A stretch of DNA of 64,000 nt, taken from the NCBI GenBank assembly GCA_963790825.1, contig CAWBPM010000002.1, forward strand, positions 231,159 through 295,158, read 5' to 3'. Positions 26,016 through 35,645 of the stretch are shown in pieces. This DNA is from Candidatus Levyibacteriota bacterium. GTDB taxonomy: Bacteria > Patescibacteriota > Microgenomatia > Levybacterales > UBA12049. The stretch's first letter is position 1. The number at the start of each line of letters is the position of its first letter. The notes under the pieces were generated by a model that saw only the letters and a program-made list of their open reading frames with translations, searched no databases and had not been told where the DNA came from. The translations under genes were made by a program, and so were the position numbers.

Positions 26016-27995
26016 ATGTGTTTACATATTATCTTTAAAAAAATAAAATTGACACCAGGCAAAAATATTCGCTTAATTTCGCTTGGATCTTTGGTTCTGT
26101 TTCTAATTGTACTGCCAATTCTTATTATTAGTTTACAAACACGCCAAACCATCCATCAATACGCAAGTACAGTGCCAAATCTTCCTGATACAACCAACGG
26201 TATTCATTTCGGGCTGCCGTTTAATGCATGGGTTCCAGTCGTCAATGGCGTATTTCAGGAACAACCTGCCGAATATGTATTTGGTGCGAATAATAATGGA
26301 GTAGCAAACGTACCCGGTACAGCTCTCTGGCATGAGATATACACACCTTGGCAGCGGGAGAATGACGATCAAGGTAATAACAGAAACCTGGCTTGGTTCC
26401 AGACAAACCATCCTGACTGGATCATGTACGGACCGGATAAGAAGACTCCGGCTACTTGGGAAGGAGATAATTGCTGCGTCGTCCTCGACTACGCGAATCC
26501 TACTGTTCAATCTTGGGTTACCGCTATTCTTATCCATTGGCTCGGTCACGGTTATAATGGGATTTCGATTGACAACAGCGTGGATGACAATCAAACCAAT
26601 GCCGTGGGCCACTACACCTTGCCTGGCATCTCAGGCGGCACCTGGGTTGCTCAATATTCAGGCACTGAGCCTGGGGATACTGCCTGGGCTGCGGCAAGTG
26701 AAACAGCGCTGACCAATATCATTACTGCCGTTAAAGCGCAGTATCCGAACATTTCAGTTACTGTTAACCAGAATTATGTCTACAATTATATCAATCAGGC
26801 TGGGTTTGAGCAAAGCTTTAATGTAGCTACCGGCACATTGGATGAGGGATATTTGTGGTGGGCGACAAAGAATGACAGTACTGCATGGCTCAACACGATG
26901 ACCGAGTACAGGCATATGCAACGTGATTTGGCTAAAAGTCTTTTTTTGATCAATGCTTCATCCTACACTATGACTACGAACATGACTACTTCAAGCATGA
27001 CTGCAAGGGCCGATGTACAGTTGGCATTGGCAAATTATCTGCTCATTAAGTATAACCACACTTATTTTTGGTTCGGGATGACAGGTGCAAGTGCTTCCTC
27101 GCCAGGACAGTACGGCCAACCAATAGCTATGCAGTCTGAATATAGCGCTCCAATCGGTTCGCCAATCAATGACTTCTACGCTTCGCAAAATGTCTACATG
27201 CGTAACTATACTAACGGATTGGCAATCGTCAATCCGGACACTAGCTCACATAGCTTAACCTTTCCCAGCGGACAATACAAGGATCTATACGGTAATGCAA
27301 TTACAACCTATACAATGCAATCCCATTCCGGTCTTATTTTACTGCTTACTTCTTCTCCAACTCCAACAAATACCCCAACTCCTAAACCAACCAGTAGTCC
27401 TACTCTATCTGTAATGCCCAGTGCAACTCCGACTCCTACTCCGCTACCGGGTACTACCACTCTCTCCTTCCCGAGTATTCTTCTGCACGGAATAGGCTCA
27501 GCCGGAGACTCGGTTGCCCCGGGAACTTCGGGGAATACAAGTCCTCTGACTCCCAATCGTACACTAAGCGTACAGGTAGTAAACGCAAGTAACGTTCTTG
27601 TTACTACTCTTTCAGGAACCATTACCTATTCTCCCTCCAGCGGGGGATTCTCAGGAAGTGTCAGTCTGGGAAGTACTGTTCCAACCGGTTCCTACTTAGT
27701 AAAGGTAAAGACTGATAAGTACCTGGTAAAACAACTCCCCGGTATTATTACACTTACTCAAGGACAAACTACTACCATTCCCCCTGTTTCTCTTATCGTA
27801 GGAGACATCAATAACGACAATACACTTAATATCCTGGACTACAATATACTCCTTGGTTGCTACTCAGACTTCCTTCCTCCTACCAGTTGTCCCGGAACTA
27901 ACGGAAAAGAGAGTGACCTTAACGATGACGGATCAGTCAATGCCTCTGACTATAACCTCTTCCTGAGAGAACTGTCTGTACAGAGCGGAGGATAA
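26016..27995 (+). CDS. Secreted GH114-like (TIM-barrel GHL) glycoside hydrolase with C-terminal dockerin module
   Basis: VVLDYANPTVQSWVTAILIHWLGHGYNGISIDNSVDD resembles the GH114/GHL signature. The shared C-terminal dockerin module is present. Confidence 0.5.
   Translation: MCLHIIFKKIKLTPGKNIRLISLGSLVLFLIVLPILIISLQTRQTIHQYASTVPNLPDTTNGIHFGLPFNAWVPVVNGVFQEQPAEYVFGANNNGVANVPGTALWHEIYTPWQRENDDQGNNRNLAWFQTNHPDWIMYGPDKKTPATWEGDNCCVVLDYANPTVQSWVTAILIHWLGHGYNGISIDNSVDDNQTNAVGHYTLPGISGGTWVAQYSGTEPGDTAWAAASETALTNIITAVKAQYPNISVTVNQNYVYNYINQAGFEQSFNVATGTLDEGYLWWATKNDSTAWLNTMTEYRHMQRDLAKSLFLINASSYTMTTNMTTSSMTARADVQLALANYLLIKYNHTYFWFGMTGASASSPGQYGQPIAMQSEYSAPIGSPINDFYASQNVYMRNYTNGLAIVNPDTSSHSLTFPSGQYKDLYGNAITTYTMQSHSGLILLLTSSPTPTNTPTPKPTSSPTLSVMPSATPTPTPLPGTTTLSFPSILLHGIGSAGDSVAPGTSGNTSPLTPNRTLSVQVVNASNVLVTTLSGTITYSPSSGGFSGSVSLGSTVPTGSYLVKVKTDKYLVKQLPGIITLTQGQTTTIPPVSLIVGDINNDNTLNILDYNILLGCYSDFLPPTSCPGTNGKESDLNDDGSVNASDYNLFLRELSVQSGG
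27374..27995. repeat. Near-identical repeat, copy 2
   Basis: Nucleotide identity with copies 1 and 3. Confidence 0.85.
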
Positions 27996-28050
27996 GTAAT
28001 TAGGATAGCCTTGACACTCTTCTTAGTAATACACTACTATTTATATAATT

Positions 28051-29715
28051 ATGAAAAGTAAAAGAAAGAAGAAATACTCAATCTTTCTTAGTATAATTAT
28101 AGTTTTTTTTCTCCTCCTTGCAGCTGTCCTTGCCGTCTGGTACTCACAAAAACAACAACATGTAAATCAATATGCAGCAACAAGCGCCTCCCCTTCAGGA
28201 GAAGACATGCCGGTTGGTGATTTACCCGGCTGGCATCAGATCTTCACTGATGATTTTACAACCAACGTTACAGTGCCTAACTTCTTCAGTGTGTATGGTA
28301 ACAGGTGGCGCAGTTATGGTGATGGTGTATCCGATACTAGCGGTAATGGGCGTCGCTACGACACGCAAGTTCTCTCAGTCACTAACGGCATCCTCAATAT
28401 TTATATACATACGGCACTCGTCAATGGTACATATGTGCACATGGTTGGTTCACCAGTACAAGTTTTATCTCCATGGGATCCTAATTGTAAAACAGTTAAT
28501 GGCACTGGTTGTTGGCCAGGTCAACTTTATGGTCGCTACAGTATCCGTATGCGCGCAGACCTGTTGTCCAATTATAAGACGGCTTTTTTGCTTTGGCCTC
28601 AATCCCAGAACTGGTCATATGATGGAGAAATTGATTTCCCAGAATCACTGCATGATTTAACAGGTCCAATCAATGCGGCAGTATGGTGGGAATATGGTAA
28701 CTATGCGGATGACGATCAAAATTGGTGGACAGTTACCGGCTCAGGTTTCTACAATAATTGGCACACATATACCATTGACTGGACCCCGAACGCGATCGTC
28801 TACTACATTGATGGAGATGTGGTCGAAAACTTTTCTGGCAGCATCGCAACGTGGTCTGACGGTCGCTCTAAAATACCCAACACCCCTATGTACTGGGTTC
28901 TACAGACGGAAACCCAGCTTACTCCAATTGTCAATCCAGCTAACAATATAGCAGGCAACGTACAGGTTGATTGGGCAGCAGCATATTCATATTCTCCACC
29001 TACCACTGGGACACCTGTTACCCCGACTCCCAGTGTAAAGCCTACCCCTTCAACAAAACCTAGTGCAATACCAACCCCGACTTACACTCCCACCCCAACT
29101 CCTAAACCAACCAGTAGTCCTACTCCATCTGTAATGCCCAGTGCAACTCCGACTCCTACTCCGCTACCGGGTACTACCACTCTCTCCTTCCCGAGTATTC
29201 TTCTGCACGGAATAGGCTCAGCCGGAGACTCGGTTGCCCCGGGAACTTCGGGGAATACAAGTCCTCTGACTCCCAATCGTACACTAAGCGTACAGGTAGT
29301 AAACGCAAGTAACGTTCTTGTTACTACTCTTTCAGGAACCATTACCTATTCTCCCTCCAGCGGGGGATTCTCAGGAAGTGTCAGTCTGGGAAGTACTGTT
29401 CCAACCGGTTCCTACTTAGTAAAGGTAAAGACTGATAAGTACCTGGTAAAACAACTCCCCGGTATTATTACACTTACTCAAGGACAAACTACAACCATTC
29501 CCCCTGTTTCTCTTATCGTAGGAGACATCAATAACGACAATACACTTAATATCCTGGACTACAATATACTCCTTGGTTGCTACTCAGACTTCCTTCCTCC
29601 TACCAGTTGTCCCGGAACTAACGGAAAAGAGAGTGACCTTAACGATGACGGATCAGTCAATGCCTCTGACTACAACCTCTTCCTGAGAGAGTTATCTGTA
29701 CAAAGTGGCCAGTAA
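28051..29715 (+). CDS. Secreted GH16 beta-glucanase with PT-linker, beta-sandwich and C-terminal dockerin
   Basis: GEIDFPE catalytic motif (E-x-D-x-x-E), FLLWPQS, HTYTIDWTPNAIVYYIDG. The dockerin module is present. Confidence 0.8.
   Translation: MKSKRKKKYSIFLSIIIVFFLLLAAVLAVWYSQKQQHVNQYAATSASPSGEDMPVGDLPGWHQIFTDDFTTNVTVPNFFSVYGNRWRSYGDGVSDTSGNGRRYDTQVLSVTNGILNIYIHTALVNGTYVHMVGSPVQVLSPWDPNCKTVNGTGCWPGQLYGRYSIRMRADLLSNYKTAFLLWPQSQNWSYDGEIDFPESLHDLTGPINAAVWWEYGNYADDDQNWWTVTGSGFYNNWHTYTIDWTPNAIVYYIDGDVVENFSGSIATWSDGRSKIPNTPMYWVLQTETQLTPIVNPANNIAGNVQVDWAAAYSYSPPTTGTPVTPTPSVKPTPSTKPSAIPTPTYTPTPTPKPTSSPTPSVMPSATPTPTPLPGTTTLSFPSILLHGIGSAGDSVAPGTSGNTSPLTPNRTLSVQVVNASNVLVTTLSGTITYSPSSGGFSGSVSLGSTVPTGSYLVKVKTDKYLVKQLPGIITLTQGQTTTIPPVSLIVGDINNDNTLNILDYNILLGCYSDFLPPTSCPGTNGKESDLNDDGSVNASDYNLFLRELSVQSGQ
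29086..29715. repeat. Near-identical repeat, copy 3
   Basis: Nucleotide identity with copies 1 and 2. Confidence 0.85.
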
Positions 29716-29767
29716 AGCAAATTAAAATAATTTATCAATTTTCCATAAATTCCAAACTGGAAAACAT

Positions 29768-31036
29768 GTGTTATACTTTTTATACATGAATGACACAGAT
29801 ATTGTATATCCCGATTATACAAATTCACTTGTCAATGTTCCTCATTCCGTTCTTTCACATTTTAATTTACCCCACAGAAAACCTGCATTAAATACACTGT
29901 TACTTCGTCAAATTAAAGCCTGTCCTAAACTTATCCTCTTTCTTATTGATGGTTTCGGATACAACTTGTATAAAAGCGAAGCAGTAAAGTTTCCCTTCTA
30001 TAAAAACATAGATAAAAACGGTTTGTGCGAAAAAATAACCAGCGTTTTTCCCTCAACGACTGCTGCAGCGATAACCTCGATCAATACCGGACTAACGCCA
30101 ATTGAACATGGACTCTTAGAATGGAATTTATATTTTCGAGAAATTGATGCAATTATGCAGCCTCTTCCTTATAAAATAGTCGCTACCGAATTTCATAGCA
30201 AACCAATTACAATACCGGAAAGCACTAAATTCTTGTTTGATGATAAAACTATTTATCAGATACTCGCCCAAAATACTATTCCATCATTTTATTTTATCCC
30301 AAAAACATTAACAGGTTCTGTCTATACTAAATTAGTAGCAAGTGGTGCAAAAATAATAGCGTATGTGTCCATTGTCGATCTGCTGATTGCGCTTCGCACA
30401 ATAATTCAAGAAACCAGCGCTAAAGCATATTGTTATGTTTACTGGGAAAGTATTGATACACAAGAGCACGTATATGGTCCACGGGCGGAGCAGACACAAG
30501 GAGAGATCGCTTTATTTGCAGAAATGATACAGAAAGAGTTTATCGATAAACTTGATAAAGCTAACGCAAATGATACAGCACTGCTAATAACAGCTGATCA
30601 TGGACAAACGACCATTAATTCTACTAAGGCAATCTACTTAAATGATTATCCGCAAGTAACGAAAAACTTTAAAAAAAGCAAAACAGGACTACCGATTCTT
30701 CCGATAGGAAGCCCCCGTGATGTTTTTCTTCACATAGAAGAGGGTAAGGTCGATGAAGTAGTTGCCTCTTTACAACAAGTTGTGAAAGATACAGCAGAAA
30801 TAATAAAACTTAACCGAGAAACAATTGCAAAATTATTCGCTAATGAAAAACCTCATCCGGAATTTTTCAACCGGCTGGGGAATATTTTAATTCTTCCCAG
30901 AGTTCCCCAGGCAATATGGTATAAATATCTCCCTACCAGCACAGTTGAATTTAAAGGAAATCATGGAGGACTAACAACTGACGAAATGTATATTCCCTTT
31001 ATCGCCGCAAAAATTTCCCAGCTGCAAACTTTGTAG
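29768..31036 (+). CDS. Alkaline-phosphatase-superfamily metalloenzyme (type I phosphodiesterase / nucleotide pyrophosphatase-like)
   Basis: LIDGFGY, FPSTTAAA (nucleophile Thr region), TADHGQ and GNHGG motifs. Confidence 0.6.
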   Translation: MLYFLYMNDTDIVYPDYTNSLVNVPHSVLSHFNLPHRKPALNTLLLRQIKACPKLILFLIDGFGYNLYKSEAVKFPFYKNIDKNGLCEKITSVFPSTTAAAITSINTGLTPIEHGLLEWNLYFREIDAIMQPLPYKIVATEFHSKPITIPESTKFLFDDKTIYQILAQNTIPSFYFIPKTLTGSVYTKLVASGAKIIAYVSIVDLLIALRTIIQETSAKAYCYVYWESIDTQEHVYGPRAEQTQGEIALFAEMIQKEFIDKLDKANANDTALLITADHGQTTINSTKAIYLNDYPQVTKNFKKSKTGLPILPIGSPRDVFLHIEEGKVDEVVASLQQVVKDTAEIIKLNRETIAKLFANEKPHPEFFNRLGNILILPRVPQAIWYKYLPTSTVEFKGNHGGLTTDEMYIPFIAAKISQLQTL

Positions 31037-31131
31037 ATAAACCTTGGTACGCCCAAGTTATAGAATATCGAAAGCTTTTGGATGCTATGTCAAAAATATA
31101 TCTTAGAAATCAGGGTTGAAGAAGAAGATGT

Positions 31132-33060
31132 TTATTGTCTTAGACTACCCCATTCAACAACAGTAAGTCCCTTTCTTGATGGTACTTGTGAAAAAGTAAA
31201 AGGCTGAACTACAGTTGGCTTCTGAAGTGGTTTATACTCCATCATTATCCGAATAAATGTATCGGGTCTAGGAGTAATCTCCAGCGGCACTAGTTGATTT
31301 AAAGTTTCAGTCTGATAGAAAGTTATAAAATAATAGGGGGATGAGTTAAAGGAAGACAACCATGCATGCATAAAATCACCTGCTTCCTTTATATTTAGTC
31401 CTAACTTAGGTAAAACTTGTTCAAATAATCCTTTTACCTCATTTGCCTTCACGACAAATCCATCATCTCTCTTTGGGTAAAAGGTAGAATATCCCTCCCA
31501 GAAAAGATACGGATAACTAATAGTATCGTCCAGATTTACAATATTACCGTTAGGCGATGCGGATACAATCCACCCCATATTATATTCAGGTAAAGTAGAG
31601 GTAAGATGAACTATATCCCCAAACTTAATTGAAACATTTTCAGTTTTTTGAGGGTACAGATATATGATCGGCTCACACTCTGAAGGTGGTATAAGATTTT
31701 GATTTGATAATCTGATGTATCTGCCGAGCGGATCTTTCCAGATAAGAATTGGGTACTGAGAAGAAAATGAGCTATATGTCTGGGGAGTCGGATAGTCAAT
31801 AACATATGGTTTATTTGCTGTTGTCTCATCCATATAGTTATTATAAAAATTAACAATGAGTGGATTATTGAGATCTTTCAACCCATAAATTGCATCACCT
31901 GAGTTCTTAACTGTTCCTAATTGAATCAAATCAGCAGCAGAAATTTTACTTGGATCAATTACACCTATTTCATCAAAAGTTTCTTCTGCGCAATCACCCG
32001 CAGATTTAGTAGAGTAATTTGAACTAACAACGACCCCTGTATTCCAATTTATTTTACTCGAATCAAAAAGACTGCTTCTATTTTCGGTTTTGAAAAACGG
32101 AGGAGCGTATGTATACAGTAGGTATGTCCCGTCAGGACGGAAAACAAAAAAAGCGTTATTAGTATAACATGCAGTATTATGGCAATATCCAATACCTCCG
32201 GACGAGGGAATCTCCATTGAGTTTTTTGTAACAATACCCGCATAGAAAGATCCTTGCGGACTTAAACCTGGTTTTGTGGTGTATATTTTACCCAAAATAG
32301 GATCGGTGAATACAGGCATAAGAAGAGTTGCATCAAGTGTCCCGTCCTGTTCAGAATCTCCATAGTCCAACGTCATTGCAGGATTTACCTCACTTAGGTG
32401 AGTGGGGTATTCAAGGACAGGTATTGTAGAAGCATTATCAATTATCTCTGGTATACCAGTTTTGTTAAAAAGAGCTTGTGACATCATTGATACAGGTGGA
32501 AGATACGAATCGGGTCCTCCATTAACTTTGTCTTGAGATATTCTTGGCAGAAAAACTATAGTATTGTCTAATTTAATATATCTATCTATATTGTCTTGCG
32601 AACATGCATCACTTTTACATCTTCCACCACCCACATTAGTATCTACATCTACAAGATCTCCCCCTTGATATTTTCCTCCTACTATTTTTCCAACCCTATA
32701 AAACGCATAATTACCATCCCAAAATTCTATAGTTACAGAAGCACTTACGGTTGCAATTAGTTTTCTTTGCGAAAAATTAACATTGAGAATATTCGTTGAT
32801 ATTCCAGTCGGCTTTAATCTTAATGTAGGATTATTTAGCTGATTAATGGAGTTTTGTGAGTGCTTTGTATAAAAATAATAACTAAAGAATGCAATAATGA
32901 CCGATACGAAGACAGTGAACAACAAAATAAGAATTCTTTTAGAAAGGTTTTGAGAGTTAGTTTTTTGTGATATCAATGGCTGCTCTGCATTATCTACAGA
33001 AGATTCAATAGATTGATTAGAAACTTGAGTAGGTGATTGATCAAAGTTATCTGCTACCAT
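31132..33060 (-). CDS. Large membrane-anchored extracellular protein, unknown function
   Basis: Single N-terminal TM after a polar N-terminal stretch. 640 aa, no recognised motif. Confidence 0.45.
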   Translation of the reverse strand: MVADNFDQSPTQVSNQSIESSVDNAEQPLISQKTNSQNLSKRILILLFTVFVSVIIAFFSYYFYTKHSQNSINQLNNPTLRLKPTGISTNILNVNFSQRKLIATVSASVTIEFWDGNYAFYRVGKIVGGKYQGGDLVDVDTNVGGGRCKSDACSQDNIDRYIKLDNTIVFLPRISQDKVNGGPDSYLPPVSMMSQALFNKTGIPEIIDNASTIPVLEYPTHLSEVNPAMTLDYGDSEQDGTLDATLLMPVFTDPILGKIYTTKPGLSPQGSFYAGIVTKNSMEIPSSGGIGYCHNTACYTNNAFFVFRPDGTYLLYTYAPPFFKTENRSSLFDSSKINWNTGVVVSSNYSTKSAGDCAEETFDEIGVIDPSKISAADLIQLGTVKNSGDAIYGLKDLNNPLIVNFYNNYMDETTANKPYVIDYPTPQTYSSFSSQYPILIWKDPLGRYIRLSNQNLIPPSECEPIIYLYPQKTENVSIKFGDIVHLTSTLPEYNMGWIVSASPNGNIVNLDDTISYPYLFWEGYSTFYPKRDDGFVVKANEVKGLFEQVLPKLGLNIKEAGDFMHAWLSSFNSSPYYFITFYQTETLNQLVPLEITPRPDTFIRIMMEYKPLQKPTVVQPFTFSQVPSRKGLTVVEWGSLRQ

Positions 33061-33153
33061 ACTATGATAGTAGTTCAGTTATAGGGCAAAATACAAGTAT
33101 TATTAAGTGCGTAGATTAGAAAGCCTGCTATCCGTAGCTTTAGCGAAGGATAG

Positions 33154-33177
33154 TACGCCTGGAGGGACTTGAACCCC
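33154..33177 (-). repeat. 24-nt direct repeat of the 3' end (T-arm plus acceptor) of tRNA-Arg; putative attL of an islet integrated at the tRNA
   Basis: tacgcctggagggacttgaacccc is identical to 35646..35669 in the same orientation. Confidence 0.6.
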
Positions 33178-33211
33178 TGGTAGTTCATTTTAGCAAGTTG
33201 ATGGGTGAGTA

Positions 33212-33655
33212 TCAAGAATAAGAAGACATGAACTGTTTGTAATCTTTAAGTGATACTACATTAATATCTTTTACTTTTCCTTGATGTTTCATATTATCAG
33301 TAACTAACGTTGCATTATATTGTTTTGCCAGTGAAATAAAAGATGCATCGTAATAAGTAATATTTGTGTCTAAAGCGATTGCGTATGTTTCTTTAGCAAG
33401 TTCCTCAGATTCTGTAATAAATGTAATTGGTAACGAATAAAGAGTGTTTAAAGTAATGCGTGCTTCCGCTAGCGTTAACTGTTTACCTTTTAACAATACA
33501 TTTCCTAATTCATATTTTGCCAATTCTGGAGCTATAAGTTCAACCTCATATAGGAATGTTTTATTTAAAATGTTATCTGCATCTTCAACGTTTTGTTCAT
33601 TAGATTGATTGACCCACTTGGTTATAACAGAGGAATCAATAACTAAAGTTTTCAT
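33212..33655 (-). CDS. vapC: PIN-domain ribonuclease toxin (VapC)
   Basis: VIDSSV (Asp7) ... YDASF ... TDN acidic residues of the PIN fold. Upstream AbrB-type partner. Confidence 0.8.
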   Translation of the reverse strand: MKTLVIDSSVITKWVNQSNEQNVEDADNILNKTFLYEVELIAPELAKYELGNVLLKGKQLTLAEARITLNTLYSLPITFITESEELAKETYAIALDTNITYYDASFISLAKQYNATLVTDNMKHQGKVKDINVVSLKDYKQFMSSYS

Positions 33656-33660
33656 GTTAT

Positions 33661-33918
33661 TTAGTGAGATTGGCGGTCAGCGGTCAAAAATTCTGCAGTG
33701 CTCAATTTACCTTTACCCTTAATCATTCTTGATTTATTTATTTTTCCCCAGATTATTTCTTTATCAATTATTTGACTATGAGGTCTAATAATAATTTCAT
33801 CAGGTTTCGAGATAGAGATAGTTACAGCTGACATAGGACCAATCCAATTTACAATTCTTCGAATTGAATCGGGAATGGTTAACTGACCTCTGTCTCGTAC
33901 TATACTTACTGCTTTCAT
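33661..33918 (-). CDS. vapB: AbrB/MazE-fold antitoxin (VapB-like)
   Basis: MKAVSIVRDRGQLTIPDSIRR swapped-hairpin motif. Directly upstream of the PIN gene. Confidence 0.7.
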   Translation of the reverse strand: MKAVSIVRDRGQLTIPDSIRRIVNWIGPMSAVTISISKPDEIIIRPHSQIIDKEIIWGKINKSRMIKGKGKLSTAEFLTADRQSH

Positions 33919-34084
33919 ATTTTCAGATTATCATACTTTCTGATTTTAGTCAAGAGAACAAAGAGTTTAAATCCCTCTAGCATCAACAACATCTTGAGGC
34001 CGGAGAATTAATACCGAATATTTGAAGAAGAAATGTCGATTAGCCCATTATATCAATCTATTTGACGTATTGAAAACAATAGCA

Positions 34085-34105
34085 TCCCTTTTGGTACCCC
34101 TGGTG
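34085..34105. promoter_or_regulatory. Conserved about 25-nt motif (tcccYtttggtacccc-N-ctggt) upstream of the DinJ/YafQ-like operon; second copy at 34821..34845
   Basis: Direct comparison of the two upstream regions. Confidence 0.35.
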
Positions 34106-34179
34106 CAAATTGCTTTGAACCCCTTCTAAGCCATTTCCAAACCTTACAAAAAGTCTACCTTTTTCGCTATTGACAAATT

Positions 34180-34479
34180 ATGTATGAATACAATAATTTA
34201 CATATGGCAACAATTAATATTTCCTTACCACAAAGCATGTACGATGATGCCAAAAAGGTATTAATAAAGAATCGTTACGCATCAATTAGTGAGTTGATGA
34301 GAGACGCACTTCGTCGTATCCTTTATCAAGATGTTACTGAAAATGGTTTTACTACTCAGTTTGAAAGTCAAATACTTCAAGCTGCTGCAGATTCTGTTGA
34401 TAATGATTTAATCTTAGAAACATCAGAAGATATAAATAATTATTTTAAGAATTTAAAGATTTCTCCAAAGAAGAAATAG
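34180..34479 (+). CDS. RHH (CopG/DinJ-like) antitoxin
   Basis: N-terminal ribbon-helix-helix pattern (TINISLPQSMYDDAKK). 2-nt gap to the toxin gene. Confidence 0.55.
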   Translation: MYEYNNLHMATINISLPQSMYDDAKKVLIKNRYASISELMRDALRRILYQDVTENGFTTQFESQILQAAADSVDNDLILETSEDINNYFKNLKISPKKK

Positions 34480-34481
34480 AT

Positions 34482-34757
34482 ATGGTTAAGATTACATTGG
34501 GAAGAGGCTTTCAAAAAGAATATTCAGATTTAATAAAAGAGCATCCAGAATTAAAAGAAGTAGCAGCTACAAAAGTATCCGTATTTCAAAATAATCCCCA
34601 AGATACTCGACTAAGGAATCATGCATTAAAGACAAGATTAGCCGGGAAATATGCCTTTAGTATTACACAAGATATTAGAATTGTTTATGAACATTTAGGG
34701 GAGACTACTGTAAGATTTATTGCAATTGGAACACACTGGCAACTCTATGGAAAATAA
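34482..34757 (+). CDS. YafQ/RelE-family mRNA interferase toxin
   Basis: NHALK...GKYAFSITQDIRIVYEHLGETTVRFIAIGTHWQLY is similar to the YafQ C-terminus (GTH..L). Confidence 0.65.
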   Translation: MVKITLGRGFQKEYSDLIKEHPELKEVAATKVSVFQNNPQDTRLRNHALKTRLAGKYAFSITQDIRIVYEHLGETTVRFIAIGTHWQLYGK

Positions 34758-34820
34758 TATTATCAACATATTGTTCATTACCTCTATATCACGTAATTCT
34801 TGATCCGAAGATCAAGAGTG

Positions 34821-34845
34821 TCCCCTTTGGTACCCCATCTGGTAC
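34821..34845. promoter_or_regulatory. Second copy of the conserved upstream motif, before the BrnTA operon
   Basis: tcccctttggtaccccatctggtac, compared with tcccttttggtacccctggtg at 34085. Confidence 0.35.
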
Positions 34846-34943
34846 GATGTTCGGACCTATCTAGCCTCAAATATTGACTCAAACTACATCACTTTCCTAA
34901 TGACCACATTCAATAAATGTAACAAGAAAGGAAACGGGGACGC

Positions 34944-35342
34944 ATGAGCTGGTTTAGGAAACCAAGAACAGTAAGCGAATATCTCCCTGGATACTTCTCT
35001 ATTTTAAATTATGATATATTTACATTTGATATTAAATGTGATATGACTAATATGATGAAATACTTTGATTGGGACAAAGAAAAGAACAAAAAGCTGAAGC
35101 AAGATAGAGGTGTTTCATTCGAAGAAATTGTTATTGCAATAAAAGAGAATAGAGTTATAAAGATAACCAATCATCCAAACAGAAAATGTTATCCAAATCA
35201 AAAAATCTTTATTCTAGAAATACATAATTACGCATATCTTGTTCCTTTTGTGGAGGATGACCAAAAAGTATTATTTAAGACAATTATTCCAAACAGACAG
35301 GCGACAAAAAAATATATAAGAAAGGAGGCGAAAAGAAAATGA
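34944..35342 (+). CDS. brnT: BrnT-family (DUF497) ribonuclease toxin; real start probably the internal MMKYFDWD at about 35022
   Basis: KYFDWDKEKNKKLKQDRGVSFEEIVIAI matches the BrnT signature (F-WD-KN...HGVsFeE). Confidence 0.65.
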   Translation: MSWFRKPRTVSEYLPGYFSILNYDIFTFDIKCDMTNMMKYFDWDKEKNKKLKQDRGVSFEEIVIAIKENRVIKITNHPNRKCYPNQKIFILEIHNYAYLVPFVEDDQKVLFKTIIPNRQATKKYIRKEAKRK

Positions 35343-35599
35343 AATATTTCATATTAAGCGATGAAGAACAACAAATACTAGAAGCGTATGAAAAAGGTGA
35401 ACTTGTTTCTGTTCCCGATCTTGATAAGGAAAAAAAACGCTATCAAGCAATTGCGACAGCTACGTTAAACAAAACAAATAATATTAACATCCGTTTATCA
35501 GAAAAAGACCTTCAAAAGGCAAAGGTCAAAGCTATTGAGTCTGGTATTCCTTACCAGACGCTTATTAGTTCTGTAATTCACCGTTTTGTCAATGAATAG
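35339..35599 (+). CDS. brnA: BrnA-like antitoxin
   Basis: INIRLSEKDLQKAKVKAIESGIPYQTLISSVIHRFV is the C-terminal BrnA motif. 4-nt overlap with brnT. Confidence 0.65.
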   Translation: MKYFILSDEEQQILEAYEKGELVSVPDLDKEKKRYQAIATATLNKTNNINIRLSEKDLQKAKVKAIESGIPYQTLISSVIHRFVNE

Positions 35600-35645
35600 G
35601 GAAAACACATACAGCAGTCAAACGACTACATATTATAGGCTTGTG

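Noticed and set aside
24141-29715. Three evenly spaced near-identical repeats, considered as a possible CRISPR array
   Set aside because: Repeats are about 620 nt, protein-coding (dockerin modules) and separated by 1.1-1.4 kb of distinct catalytic-domain sequence. This is not a CRISPR architecture.
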